64,000 bases of DNA from Squalus acanthias (Eukaryota), in contig JASTWF010000321.1 in the NCBI GenBank assembly GCA_030390025.1, positions 372,001-436,000 on the forward strand, given 5' to 3'. Made by a program: the position numbers and the translations under genes. Below, in pieces: positions 34,829 through 48,633 of the stretch; the stretch's first letter is position 1; every line of letters starts with the position of its first letter. Below the pieces are notes generated by a model. The model was given only the letters and a program-made list of their open reading frames with translations, was not told the DNA's origin and did no database searches.

Positions 34829-37800
34829 CTCCTGACTCCCCAAAGACTTTCCACCATCTACAAGGCACAAGTCAGGAGTGTGATGGAATACTTTCCACTT
34901 GCCTGGATGAGTGCAGCTCCAGTAACACTCAAAAAGCTCAACACCATCCAAGACAAAGCAGCCCGCTTGATTGGCATCTCATCCACCACCTTAAACATTC
35001 ACTCCCTCCACCACCTTAAACATTCACTCCCTCCACCGCCAGCGTACCGTGGCTGCAGTGTGTACCATCTACAAGATGCACTGCAGCAACTCATCAAGGC
35101 TTCTTTGACAGCACCTTCCAAACCCGCGACCTCTACCAGCTAGAAGGACAAGTGCAGGAGACGCATGGGAACACCATCACCTTCAAGTTCCCCTCCAAGT
35201 TACACACCATCCTGATTTGGAGATATATCACTGTTCCTTCATCGTCGTTGGGTCAAAATCCTGGATCTCCATCCCTAACAGCACTGTGGGAGTACCTTCA
35301 CCACAAGGACTGCAGCGGTTCAAGAAGGCGGCTCACCACCACCTTCTCAAGGGCAATTAGGGATGGGCAATAAATGCTGGCCTTGCCAGCGATGCCCACA
35401 TCCCAGGAACAAATAAAAAAAACCTCTTCTCTGCGTTGAATTTTATCTGTCATGTGTCCGCCCATTCCATTAGCCTGTCAATGTCTTCTTAAAGTCTATT
35501 GCTGTCTTCCTCGCTGTTTACTATATTTCCAAGTTTCGTGTCATCTGCCAATTTCGAAATTGTGCACTGTACCCCCCAAGTCCAAATCATTAATGTATAT
35601 CAAAAACAGCAGTAGTCCCAGTATTAAACCTTGGGGAAAGCCACTGTATACCTCCCTCCAGTCCGAACAACAGCCATTCACCACAACTCTGCTTTCTATC
35701 CTTTAGCCAATTTTGTATCCATGTTGCTACTGCCCCTTTTATCCCATGGGCTTCAATTTTGATAAAAAGCCGAATATGTGGTACTTTATCAATCACCTTT
35801 TGAAAGTCCATGTACACAACATCAACTGCACTGCCCTCATCCAAACTCTCCGTTACCTCATCAAAAAATTCAATCAAGATAGCCAAACACAATTTGCCCT
35901 TAACTAATCTGTGCTGGCTCTCCTTTATTAGCCCACGCTTGCCCATTTTCTCCCGAATTATTATTTCTAAAAGCTTCCCCACCACCGACGTTAAACTGAC
36001 TGGCCTATAATTGCCAGGTTTATCCTTCTCCCCTTTTTGAACAAGGGTGTAACATTTGCAATCCTCCAGCCCTCTGGCACCACCCCTGTATCTAAGGAGG
36101 ATTGGAAGGTTGTGGCCAGTACCTTTGCAAAATCTACCCTTACTTCCCTCAGCTACCTAGGATGCATCCCATCGTTCCGGGTGACTTATCCACTTTAATT
36201 ACCGCCAGCCTTTCTAGTAGCTCCTCTTTATCTATTTTTATCTCATCCAGTATCACAGCATCCTCCTCGTTTACCATAGCTTTGGCAAAGTCCTCTTCCT
36301 TGGTAAACTCTGATGCAAAGTACTCAGTTAGTACCTCCTGCCTCCACCAATAATTCTCCATTTTGGTCCCTAATCGGCCTCACTGCTCCTCTGACAACCC
36401 TTTTACTGTTAATATCCCTATAGAAGACCTTTGGATTCCCTCTTATGTTAGCTGCCTATCTATTCTCGTACTCTCTTGGCCACTCTTATTTACTTTATCA
36501 CTTGTCCTCTGTACTTTTTCTTCTCAGCCTGATTCTCCCTTGTTATTATCAAGCTGACATCTGTCATGTGCCCCCTTTATCTGCTCCATCCTACTCTCTA
36601 ACTCCCCAGTCATCCAGGGAGCTCTGGCTTTGGTTGCCCTCCCTTTCCCACTTGTGGGAACGTATCTAGGGAGGGAAAATGCTAGAATCTATTATTAAGG
36701 ACGTAGTAATGCAGGGCACTTAGAAAATAGTAATATGATTGGGCAGAGTCAACATGGTTTTTGAGATGCTCCTTAAAACCTACATCATCTGTCCTTATAT
36801 CTCCTCATGTGACTCGGTGCCACATTTTGTTTGATAACACTCCTGTGAAGCAAATTGGGTCATTTTACTATGTTAAAGGCACTATATAAATGCAAGTTGT
36901 TGTTGCTTTAGTGGTGTTGGTTGAGAGATTAACATTGGCCGGGATACCGTGAGAGCTCCCCTGCTCTTTTTCGAATAGTGCCATGGGATCTTTTATATCC
37001 ACCTGAGAGGGGAGATGAGGAGTTGGTTTAATGTCTCATCTGAAAGACGGCACCTTTAACAGTGTAGCACTCCCTCAGTACTGCACTGGAGTGTCAGCCT
37101 GAATTACATGCTCAACTCTCTGGAAGGGAATGTGGACCCACGATCTTCTGACTCAGAGGTGAGAGTGTTACCAACTGAGCTACAGCTGACACATGATCCT
37201 GGAGTTAGGTTCTGGAATACCACACTTGCCCTTGGTTTAATGTGTAATATATGTGGGCAGAACAAACGAAGAACAGAGACAGGATGAGTTGTTAGTCAAG
37301 GTGCTTGTTTACTAGGCCAGAATGAACTGAGCATGCTCATACTAAACCATGTGACAAACCATGTGATAATACATTACATAATGCAAACATCGACTCCTTC
37401 CTATCGCCCAAAGAGTGTCCCAAGGAATTAGGGAGTAAATTTCACGTAAATTCAAAGGTCACAGCACCACATGGTGTGTGAGGAAGAGACACAGGCAGAA
37501 GAAGGAAAAAAAACAACAGGGTTAGCAAAGTAGTCTGTGTGATTGTCTATGGTTTGGGGTTTACGGGTGTCAGCTTAGCTCGGATCAGAGCGCACAATGT
37601 AGGCCATGTAAGAATATCGATATGTTTTTGCATTACTTGTGTTTCTAACAAAGACAAAAAAGAAATCAAGAAACGGCTGAGTGCACTAGATCCAGCAAAG
37701 GCTATGGGCCCCGACAACATCCTGGCTGTCGTGCTGAAGACTTGTGCTCCAGGACTAGCCGCCCTTCTAGCCAAGCTTTTTCCAGTACAGCTACAACACT

Positions 37801-39178
37801 GGCATCTACCCGACAATGTGGAAAATTGCCAAGGTATGTCCTGTCCACAAAAAAAAGGACAAATCCAACCCAGCCAACTTTTTCTTTTATTCATTCATGG
37901 GATGTGGGCGTCGCTGGCAAGGCCAGCATTTATTGCCCATCCCTTACTCACCAATAACCTGCTCATCAATGCTCAGTTTAGGTTCTGCCAGGACCACTTG
38001 GTTACAGACCTCATTACAACCTTAGTCCAAACACGGAAAAAAAAACGGATTCCAGAGGTGAGGTGAGAGTGACTGCCCTTGACATCAAGGCAGCATTTGA
38101 CGGAGTGTGGTATCAAGGAGTCCTAGTAAAATTGAAGTCAATGGGAATCAGGGGGAAAACTCTCCACTGGCTGGAGTCATACCTAGTACAAGGGAAAATG
38201 TCAGGCATGACCTACCTTTCACAAATCCATGCGGGCTCTCTCTGATCAACTAAAAATGTTCAAGGTGTTCAGTCACCCTATCCTTAATTATAGACTCTAG
38301 CAATTTCCCGACAACAGATATTAGGCTAACTGGTCTATAATTCCCTGGTTTCCCTCTCTTGCCATTCTTAAATAGCGGAGTGACATGCATAATTTTCCAA
38401 TCTAAAGGGACGGTTCCTGAATCGAGAGAACTTTGGAAGATTATAGTTAGGGCATCTGCAATGTGCTCACCTACTTCCTTTAAAACCCTGGGATGGAAAC
38501 CATCTGGTCCTGGGGATTTGTCACTCTTTAGTGCCATTATTTTCTTCATTACTGTTAATTTTATCGAGTCCCTGTCCCCGATTCAATATTAGTTTCTTTG
38601 GGATTTCCAGCATGCTATCCTCTTCTTCTACTGTAAATACTGTAGAATGGAACATGGTTGTGGTTGTTGGAGGTCAATCATCTCAGCCCCAGGACATCGC
38701 TGCAGGAGTTCCGCAGGACAGTGTCCGAGGCCCAACCATCTTCAGTTGCTTCATCAATGACCTTCCCTCCATCATAAGTTCAGAAGTGGGGATGTTCACT
38801 GATGACTGCGCAGTGTTCAGTTCCATTCGCAACTCCTCAGATAATGAAGCAGTCCATGCCTGCATGCAGCAAGACCTGGAAAACTTTCAGGCTTGGGCTG
38901 ATAAGTGGCAAGTAACAGTTGCGCCACACAAGTGCCAGGCAATGAATATCTTCAAAAAGCGAATGTCTAACCAACTCCCCATGACATTCAATGGGATTAC
39001 CATCGCCAAATCCCCCACCATCAACATCCTGGGGGTCACCATTGACTAGAAACTTAACTGGACCAGCCACATAAATACTGTGGCTACAAGAGCAGGTCAG
39101 AGGCTGGGTATTTTGTGGCGTGTGTCTCACCTCATGACTCCCCAAAGCTTTTCCACCATCTACAAGACACAAGTAAGG
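34829..39178 (+). repeat. Segmental duplicate of the block at 1-5425
   Basis: 35410-37370 matches 2545-4490 and 37098-39178 matches 1-2091, including non-repeat sequence and identical TE junctions. Confidence 0.9.
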
Positions 39179-39549
39179 AGGATAGCATGCTGGAAATCCC
39201 AAAGACACATTAACCAACTTTTTTATCATGGCAATCGCTCGATTGGGCTGAATGCTTCTTCATGTGTACAAACAATGATCCAATCAGATTCATAAATCAC
39301 TAAAAGTAGCGACGCAGCATAACAAAGCCATAAAACATGCAAACAAAGCATTGGGGCTGAATTCTAGAGGGATAGAATTGAACAGGGGAGTTTTCAACTT
39401 GTATGGATCCCTGGTTAGACCACACTTGGAGGATTTTGCACAGATCTGGTCTCCAGAAACCCCGATATACAGCCAGTCTATTCGTGTGTTAACCATGAAT
39501 CAGGTCAGAGCACATTCCTGAGATGTTTTATGGTGGTCCTCCCCAGCAT

Positions 39550-40285
39550 CTGTCTGAGGCTGAACCAGACTGTTCACAACCTGGGTGTCATATTTGACCC
39601 TGAAATGAGCTTCTGACCACCTATCCACGCCATCACTCAGACCGCCTATTTCCACCTCCATAACATCGCCCAACTCCGCCCCACCTCAGCTCATCTGCTG
39701 CTGAAACCCTCAGCCATGCCTTTGTTAACTCAAGACTTGACTATTCCAACGCAATCCTATCTGGCCTCACACATTCTCCCCTCCGTAAACTTGAGGTCAG
39801 ACAAAACTCAGCCGCCCGTGTCCTAACTCGCACCAAGTCCCGTTCACCCATCACCCCAGTGCTCGCTGACCTACATTGGCTCCCGGTTATGCAAAGACTC
39901 AATTTTCAAATTCTCATTCTTGTTTTCAAATCCTTCCATGGCCTCGCCCCTCCCGAATCTCCTCCAGCCCCCAATCCTCCTGCGCTCCTCAAATTCTGGC
40001 TTCTTGAGCATCTCTGATTATAATCGCTCAATCATCGGTGTCCGTGAATTCAGCTGCCAATGCCCTAAGCTCTGGAATTCCCCCCCTAACCCTCTCCGCC
40101 TCTCTATCTCTCTCCTCCTTTAAGACGCTCCTTAGAACCTACCTCTTTGACCAAGCTTTTGGTCATCTGCCCTAATATCTACTTGTGTGGCTCATTGTCA
40201 AATTTTGTTTTATAACGTTCCTGTGAAGTGCCTTGGGATGATTTACTACGTTAAAGGCACAATATAAATACAAATTTTTGTTGTT
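39550..40285 (+). mobile_element. L2-clade LINE 3' end
   Basis: NLGVIFD...AYFHLHNIA...HAFVNSRLDYSNAIL...LHWLP motifs and an L2-like 3' UTR. Confidence 0.8.
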
Positions 40286-40632
40286 GTTGCATTTCTCCTA
40301 ACCAATAAAAACAGTGATAATAATAATTGAAATATTCCTAAAAAGTGCGTCTTGTCATTTGGGCCTGCAAGCCCCGGCCATATTACTTTCTCAAAACATT
40401 CCCACATGACAGGGTCGATGGTAAATGTTATTGTCAACAGGTCATCTCACACATGTAGAATGCTGAACTATTTAGCCTAAACAATACAGTAAATCGGAGG
40501 ATGTGACGCTACGCTGTGGCCACGCCGTACCTTGAGCACTGGGCCCTGTTCTGGTCATTAAGACATCAAGGGAGTTTTTCAATACCAGGATGCACTGGAT
40601 GAGACTGATCCTTGGGGGAAAAGGACTGAATT

Positions 40633-43600
40633 TCTCCCCAGAGCCCCCTTTCCCCAGTCTCCCTCTCTCCCCGAGTCCCCATTCCCCAGTCTCCCTCTCT
40701 CCCCGAGCCCCCATTCCCCCTCTATCCCCGAGCCCCCATTTCCCAGTCTCCATCTCTCCCCGAGCCCCCATTCCCCAGTCTCCCTCTCTCCCCGAGCCCC
40801 CATTCCCCAGTCTCTCTCTCTCCCCGAGCCCCCATTCCCAGTCTCCCTCTCTCCCGAGCCCCCATTCCCCAGTCTCCCTCTCTCCCGAGCCCCATTCCCC
40901 AGTCTCTCTCTTTCTCCCCTGAGCCCCCATTCCCCAGTCTCCTCTATCTCCCCGAGCCCCCATTCCCAGTCTCCCTCTCTCCCCGAGCCCCCATTCCCCA
41001 GTCTCTCTCTCTCCCCGAGCCCCCAATCCCAGTCTCCTCTCTCCCACGAGCCCCCATTCCCCAGTCTCTCTCTCTTCCCCGAGCCCCCATTCCCCAGCTC
41101 TCCCTCTCTCCCCGAGCCCCCATTCCCCAGTCTCCCTCTCTCCCCGAGCCCCCATTCCCAGTCTCTCTCTCTCCCGAGCCCCATTCCCCAGTCTCCCTCT
41201 CTCCCCGAGCCCCCATTCCCCAGTCTCTCTCTCCCCGAGCCCCCATTCCCCAGTCTCCTCTCTCCCCTGAGCCCCCCATTCCCCAGTCTCCCTCTCTCCC
41301 CGAGCCCCCATTCCCAGTCTCTCCTCTCTCCCCGAGCCCCCATTCCCCAGTCTCCCTCTCTCCCCGAGCCCCCTATCTCCAGTCTACCTCTCTCCCCGAG
41401 CCCCCATTCTCCAGTCTCCCTCTCTCCCCGAGCCCCCATTCCCCAGTCTCCCTCTCTCCCCGAGCCCCCATTCTCCAGTCTCCCTCTCTCCCCGAGCCCC
41501 CATTCTCCAGTCTCCCTCTCTCCCCGAGCCCCCATTCCCCAGTCTCTCTCTCTCCCCCGAGCCCCCATTCCCCAGTCTCCCTCTCTCCCCGAGCCCCCAT
41601 TCCCAGTCTCTCTCTCTCTCCCCGAGCCCCCATTCTCCAGTCTCTCTCTCTCCCCGAGCCCCCATTCCCCAGTCTCCCTCTCTCCCCGAGCCCCCATTCT
41701 CCAGTCTCACTCTCTCCCCGAGCCCCCATTCCCCAGTCGCTCTCTCTCCCCGAGCCCCCATTCCCCAGTCTCCCTCTCTCCCCGAACCCCCATTCCCCAG
41801 TCTCCCTCTCTCCCCGAGCCCCCATTCCCCAGTCTCCCTCTCTCCCCGAGCCCCCATTTCCCAGTCTCTCCTCTCTCCCCGAGCCCCCCATTTCCCAGTC
41901 TCTCTCTTCCCGAGCCCCCATTCCCCGGTCTCACTCTCTCCCCGAGCTCCCATTCCCCAGTCTCCCTCTCTCCCCGAGCTCCATTCCCCAGTCTCCCTCT
42001 CTCCCCGAGCCCCCATTCCCCAGTCTCTCTCTCTCTCCCCGAGCCCCCATTCCCCAGTCTCTCTCTCCCCGAGCCCCCATTCCCAGTCTCCTCTCTATCC
42101 CCGAGCCCCCATTCCCCAGTCTCTCTCTCTCCCCCCGAGCCCCATTCCCCAGTCTCCCTCTCTCCCGAGCCCCATTCCCCAGTCTCCCTCTCTCCCCGAG
42201 CCCCCATTCCCCAGTCTCTCACTCTCCCCGAGCCCCCATTCCCCAGTCTCCCTCTCTCCCCGACCCCCATTCCCCAGTCTCCCTCTCTCCCCGAGCCCCC
42301 ATTCCCCAGTCTCCCTCTCTCCCGAGCCCCCATTTCCCAGTCTCACACTCTCTCCCCGAGCCCCCATTCCCCAGTCTCTCTCTTCCCCGAGCCCCCATTC
42401 CCCAGTCTCACTCTCTCCCCGAGCTCCCCATTCCCCAGTCTCCCTCTCTCCCCGAGCCCCCATTCCCCAGTCTCCCTCTCTCCCCGAGCCCCCATTCCCC
42501 AGTCTCTCTCTCTTCCCCGAGCCCCCATTCCCCAGTCTCTCTCTCCCCGAGCCCCCATTCCCCAGTCTCTCTCTCTCCCCGAGCCCCCATTCCCCAGTCT
42601 CTCTCTCTCCCCCGAGCCCCCATTCCCCAGTCTCCCTCTCTCCCCGAGCCCCCATTCCCCAGTCTCCCTCTCTCCCCGAGCCCCCATTCCCCAGTCTCTC
42701 ACTCTCCCCGAGCCCCCATTCCCCAGTCTCTCTCTCTCTCTCCCCGAGCCCCCATTCCCCATTCTCCCTCTCTCCCCGAGCCCGCATTCCCCAGTCTCTC
42801 TCTCTCCCCCGAGCCCCCATTCCCCAGTCTCCCTCTCTCCCCGAGTCCCCCATTCCCCAGTCTCCCTCTCTCCCCGAGCCCCCATTCCCCAGTCTCTCTC
42901 CCCCTGAGCCCCCATTCCCCAGTCTCCCTCTCTCCCCGAGTCCCCATTCCCCAGTCTCCCTCTCTCCCCGAGCCCCCATTCCCCAGTCTCCCTCTCTCCC
43001 CGAGTCCCCATTCCCCAGTCTCCCTCTCTCCCCGAGCCCCCATTCCCCCTCTATCCACGAGCTCCCATTCCCCAGTCTCCATCTCTCCCCGAGCCCCCAT
43101 TCCCCAGTCTCCCTCTCTCCCCGAACCCCCATTCCCCAGTCTCTCTCTCTCCCCGAGCCCCAATTCCCCAGTCTCCCTCTCTCCCCGAGCCCCCATTCCC
43201 CAGTCTCCCTCTCTCCCCGAGCCCCCATTCCCCAGTCTCTCTCTCTCCCCGAGCCCCAATTCCCCAGTCTCCCTCTCTCCCCGAGCCCCCATTCCCCAGT
43301 CTCCCTCTCTCCCCGAGCCCCCATTCCCCAGTCTCTCTCTCTCCCCCCGAGCCCCCATTCCCCAGTCTCTCTCTCTCCCGAGCCCCCATTCCCCAGTCTC
43401 TCTCTCTCCCCGAGCCCCCATTCCCCAGTCTCTCTCTCTCCCCGAGCCCCCATTCCCCAGTCTCTCTCTCTCCCCGAGCCCCCATTCCCCAGTCTCTCTC
43501 TCTCCCCGAGCCCCCATTCCCCAGTCTCCCTCTCTCCCCGAGCCCCCATTCCCCAGTCTCTCTCTCTCCCCCGAGCCCCCATTCCCCAGTCTCCCTCTCT

Positions 43601-46600
43601 CCCCGAGCCCCCATTCCCCAGTCTCCCTCTCTCCCCGAGCCCCCATTCCCCAGTCTCCCTCTCTCCCCGAGCCCCCATTCCCCAGTCTCTCTCTCTCCCC
43701 GAGCCCCCATTCCCCAGTCTCTCCTCTCTCCCCGAGCCCCCATTCCCCAGTCTCCTCTCTCTCCCCGAGCCCCCATTCCCCAGTCTCTCTCTCTCCCCGA
43801 GCCCCCATTCCCCAGTCTCCTCTCTCTCCCCGAGCCCCCATTCCCCAGTCTCTCCTCTCTCCCCGAGCCCCCATTCCCCAGTCTCCCTCTCTCCCCGAGC
43901 CCCCATTCCCCAGTCTCCCTCTCTCCCCGAGCCCCCATTCCCCAGTCTCCCTCTCTCCCCGAGCCCCCATTCCCCAGTCTCCCTCTCTCCCCGAGCCCCC
44001 ATTCCCCAGTCTCCCTCTCTCCCCGAGCCCCCATTCCCCAGTCTCTCTCTCTCCCCGAGCCCCCATTCCCCAGTCTCTCTCTCTCCCCCGAGCCCCCATT
44101 CCCCAGTCTCTCTCTCTCCCCGAGCCCCCATTCCCCAGTCTCCCTCTCTCCCCGAGCCCCCATTCCCCAGTCTCCCTCTCTCCCCGAGCCCCCATTCCCC
44201 AGTCTCTCTCTCTCCCCGAGCCCCCATTCCCCAGTCTCCCTCTCTCCCCGAGCCCCCATTCCCCAGTCTCCCTCTCTCCCCGAGCCCCCATTCCCCAGTC
44301 TCTCCTCTCTCCCCGAGCCCCCATTCCCCAGTCTCTCTCTCTCCCCGAGCCCCCATTCCCCAGTCTCCCTCTCTCCCCGAGCCCCCATTCCCCAGTCTCT
44401 CTCTCTCTCCCCGAGCCCCCATTCCCCAGTCTCTCCTCTCTCCCCGAGCCCCCATTCCCCAGTCTCTCTCTCTCCCCCGAGCCCCCATTCCCCAGTCTCT
44501 CTCTCTCCCCCGAGCCCCCATTCCCCAGTCTCCCTCTCTCCCCGAGCCCCCATTCCCCAGTCTCTCCTCTCTCCCCGAGCCCCCATTCCCCAGTCTCCCT
44601 CTCTCCCCGAACCCCCATTCCCCAGTCTCTCTCTTCCCCCGAGCCCCCATTCCCCAGTCTCCCTCTCTCCCCGAGCCCCCATTCCCCAGTCTCTCTCTCT
44701 CCCCGAGCCCCCATTCCCCAGTCTCCTCTCTCCCCCGAGCCCCCATTCCCCAGTCTCTCTCTCCCCGAGCCCCATTCCCCAGTCTCCCTCTCTCCCCGAG
44801 CCCCCATTCCCCAGTCTCCCTCTCTCCCCGAGCCCCCATTCCCCAGTCTCTCCTCTCTCCCCGAGCCCCCATTCCCCAGTCTCTCCTCTCTCCCCGAGCC
44901 CCCATTCCCCAGTCTCCCTCTCTCCCCGAGCCCCCATTCCCCAGTCTCTCTCTCTCCCCGAGCCCCCATTCCCCAGTCTCCTCTCTCCCCCGAGCCCCAT
45001 TCCCCAGTCTCCCTCTCTCCCCGAGCCCCCATTCCCCAGTCTCTCTCTCTCCCCGAGCCCCCATTCCCAGTCTCCCTCTCTCCCCGAGCCCCCATTCCCC
45101 AGTCTCACTCTCTCCCCGAGCCCCCATTCCCCAGTCTCCCTCTCTCCCCGAGCCCCCATTCCCCAGTCTCCTCTCTCCCCGAGCCCCCATTCCCCAGTCT
45201 CACTCTCTCCCCGAGCCCCCATTCCCCAGTCTCCCTCTCTCCCCGAGCCCCCATTCCCCAGTCTCTCTCTCTCCCCGAGCCCCCATTCCCCAGTCTCCTC
45301 TCTCCCCGAGCCCCCATTCCCCAGTCTCTCTCTCTCTCCCCGAGCCCCCATTCCCCAGTCTCCCTCTCTCCCCGAGCCCCCATTCCCCAGTCTCCTCTCT
45401 CCCCGAGCCCCCATTCCCCAGTCTCCCTCTCTCCCCGAGCCCCCATTCCCCAGTCTCCCTCTCTCCCCGAACCCCCATTCCCCAGTCTCTCCCTCTCCTC
45501 CGAGCCCCCATTCCCCAGTCTCTCACTCTGTCCCTGAGCCCCCATTTCCCAGTCTCCCTCTCGCCCCGAGCCCCCATTCCCCAGTCTCTCCCTCTCCTCC
45601 GAGCCCCCATTCCCCAGTCTCTCTCTCTCTCCCCGAGGCCCCATTTCCCTGTCTCTCTCTCTCTCCCCGAGCCCCCATTCCCCAGTCTCTCTCTCTCTCC
45701 CCGAGCTCCCATTCCCCAGTCTCTCTCTCTCTCCCCGAACCCCCATTCCCCAGTCTCTCTCTCTATCCCCGAGCCCCCATTCCCCAGTCTCTCTCTCTCT
45801 CCCCGAACCCCCATTCCCCAGTCTCCCTCTATCCCCGAGCCCCATTCCCCAGTCTCTCTCTCTCCCCGAGCCCCCATTCCCCAGTCTTCCTCTCTCCCCG
45901 AGATCCCATTCCCCAGTCGCTCTCTCTATCCCCGAGCCCCCATCCCCAGTCTCTCTCTCTCTCCCCGAGCCCCCATTCCCCAGTCTCTCTCTCTCCCCGA
46001 GCCCCCATTCCCCAGTCTCCCTCTCTCCCCGAGCCCCCATTCCCCAGTCTCTCTCTCCCCCCGAGCCCCCATTCCCCAGTCACCCTCTATCCCCGAGCCC
46101 CCATTCACCAGTCTCTCCCTCTCTCCCCGAACCCCCATTCCCCAGTCTCCCTCTCTCCCCGAACCCCCATTCCCCAGTCTCTCTTTCCCCCGAGTCCCCA
46201 TTCCCCAGTCTCCCTCTCTCCCCGAGTCCCCATTCCCAAGTCTCTCTCTCTCCCCGAGTCCCCATTCCCCAGTCTCCCTCTCTCCCCGAGCCCCCATTCC
46301 CCAGTCTCCCTCTCTCCCCGAGTCCCCATTCCCCAGTCTCCCTCTCTCCCCGAGTCCCCATTCCCCAGTCTCTCTCTCTCCCCGAGCCCCCATTCCCCAG
46401 TCTCCCTCTCTCCCCGAGTCCCCATTCCCCAGTCTCCCTCTCTCCCCGAGTCCCCATTCCCCAGTCTCTCTCTCTCTCCCCGAACCCCCATTCCCCAGTC
46501 TCCCTCTCTCCCTGAGCCCCCATTCCCCAGTCTCCCTCTCTCCCCGAGCCTCCATTCCCCAGTCTCCCTCACTCCCCGAGCCCCCATTCCCCAGTCTCCC

Positions 46601-48380
46601 ACTCTCCCCGAGTCCCCATTCCCCAGTCTCCCTCTCTTCCCGAGTCCCCATTCCCCAGTCTCCCTCTCTCCCCGAGCCCACATTCCCCAGTCTCTCTCTC
46701 TCTCCCCGAGCCCCCATTCCCCAGTCTCTCTCTCTCTCTCCGAGCCCCCATTCCCCAGTCTCACTCTCTCCCCGAGCCCCCATTCCCCAGTCTCCCTCTC
46801 TCCCCGAGCCCCCATTCCCCAGTCTCCCTCTCTCCCCGAGCCCCCATTCCCCAGTCTCCCTCTCTCCCCGAGCCCCCATTCCCCAGTCTCTCTCTCTCCC
46901 CCCGAGCCCCCATTCCCCAGTCTCCCTCTCTCCCCGAGCCCCCATTCCCCAGTCTCTCTCTTTTTCTCCCCGAGCCCCCATTCCCCAGTCTCCCTCTCTC
47001 CCCGAGCCCCCATTCCCCAGTCTCTCCCTCTATCCCCGAGCCCCATTCCCCAGTCTCTCTCTCTCCCCGAGCCCCCATTCCCCAGTCTTCCTCTCTCCCC
47101 GAGATCCCATTCCCCAGTCGCTCTCTCTATCCCCGAGCCCCCATCCCCCAGTCTCTCTCTCTCTCCCCGAGCCCCCATTCCCCAGTCTCTCTCTCTCCCC
47201 GAGCCCCCATTACCCAGTCTCCCTCTCTCCCCGAGCCCCCATTCCCCAGTCTCTCTTTCCCCCCGAGCCCCCATTCCCCAGTCACCCTCTATCCCCGAGC
47301 CCCCATTCACCAGTCTCTCCCTCTCTCCCCGAACCCCCATTCCCCAGTCTCCCTCTCTCCCCGAACCCCCATTCCCCAGTCTCTCTTTCCCCCCGAGTCC
47401 CCATTCCCCAGTCTCCCTCTCTCCCCGAGTCCCCATTCCCAAGTCTCTCTCTCTCTCCCCGAGTCCCCATTCCCCAGTCTCCCTCTCTCCCCGAGCCCCC
47501 ATTCCCCAGTCTCCCTCTCTCCCCGAGTCCCCATTCCCCAGTCTCCCTCTCTCCCCGAGTCCCCATTCCCCAGTCGCTCTCTCTATCCCCGAGCCCCCAT
47601 CCCCCAGTCTCCCTCTCTCCCCGAGTCCCCATTCCCCTGTCTCCCTCTCTCCCCGAGTCCCCATTCCCCAGTCTCTCTCTCTCTCCCCGAACCCCCATTC
47701 CCCAGTCTCCCTCTCTCCCTGAGCCCCCATTCCCCAGTCTCCCTCTCTCCCCGAGCCTCCATTCCCCAGTCTCCCTCACTCCCCGAGCCCCCATTCCCCA
47801 GTCTCCCACTCTCCCCGAGTCCCCATTCCCCAGTCTCCCTCTCTTCCCGAGTCCCCATTCCCCAGTCTCCCTCTCTCCCCGAGCCCACATTCCCCAGTCT
47901 CTCTCTCTCTCCCCGAGCCCCCATTCCCCAGTCTCTCTCTCTCTCTCCGAGCCCCCATTCCCCAGTCTCACTCTCTCCCCGAGCCCCCATTCCCCAGTCT
48001 CCCTCTCTCCCCGAGCCCCCATTCCCCAGTCTCCCTCTCTCCCCGAGCCCCCATTCCCCAGTCTCCCTCTCTCCCCGAGCCCCCATTCCCCAGTCTCTCT
48101 CTCTCCCCCCGAGCCCCCATTCCCCAGTCTCCCTCTCTCCCCGAGCCCCCATTCCCCAGTCTCTCTCTTCTCCCCGAGCCCCCATTCCCCAGTCTCCCTC
48201 TCTCCCCGAGCCCCCATTCCCCAGTCTCTCCCTCTATCCCTGAGCCCCCATTCCCCAGTCTCCCTCTGTCCCCGAGCCCCCATTCCCCAGTCTCCCTCTC
48301 TCCCCGAGCCCCCATTCCCCAGTCTCCCTCTCTCCCCGAACCCCCATTCCCCAGTCTCTCTCTCTCCCCGAGACCCCACT
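40633..48380. repeat. Minisatellite, ~32-bp unit CCCCGAGCCCCCATTCCCCAGTCTCCCTCTCT, about 240 copies
   Basis: Direct tandem repetition with a variable (CT)n segment. Confidence 0.97.
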
Positions 48381-48633
48381 TCAAATGTACTTCATTGGCT
48401 GTAAAGCACTTTGGGACGTCCTGAGGTGGTGAAAGGCACTGTATAAATGCAAGATCTTTCTTTCTACCTATTTTAGATCAATGGCCCAGAAATCGCAGCA
48501 AAATAGACTGGCATTATTTAGAAGTTTACTCAGTAAATGCGATTCTCTGTTGCTTCATTGACACAAGTGAAATTTAGCAAAATAAACCAATGCAACTGAC
48601 AAGTGACTGAATGTAAAGAGTTAATAGAGTCAT

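Noticed and set aside
40633..48380. CRISPR-like array or immunoglobulin switch region
   Set aside because: No unique spacers and a eukaryotic context; no Ig constant exons nearby and few AGCT motifs.
40472..48384. Very long Gly/Glu/Arg/Trp-rich minus-strand ORFs (up to 1031 aa)
   Set aside because: They arise in all three frames from a 32-bp repeat with few stop codons, and unit-length variants shift frames freely; not a protein.
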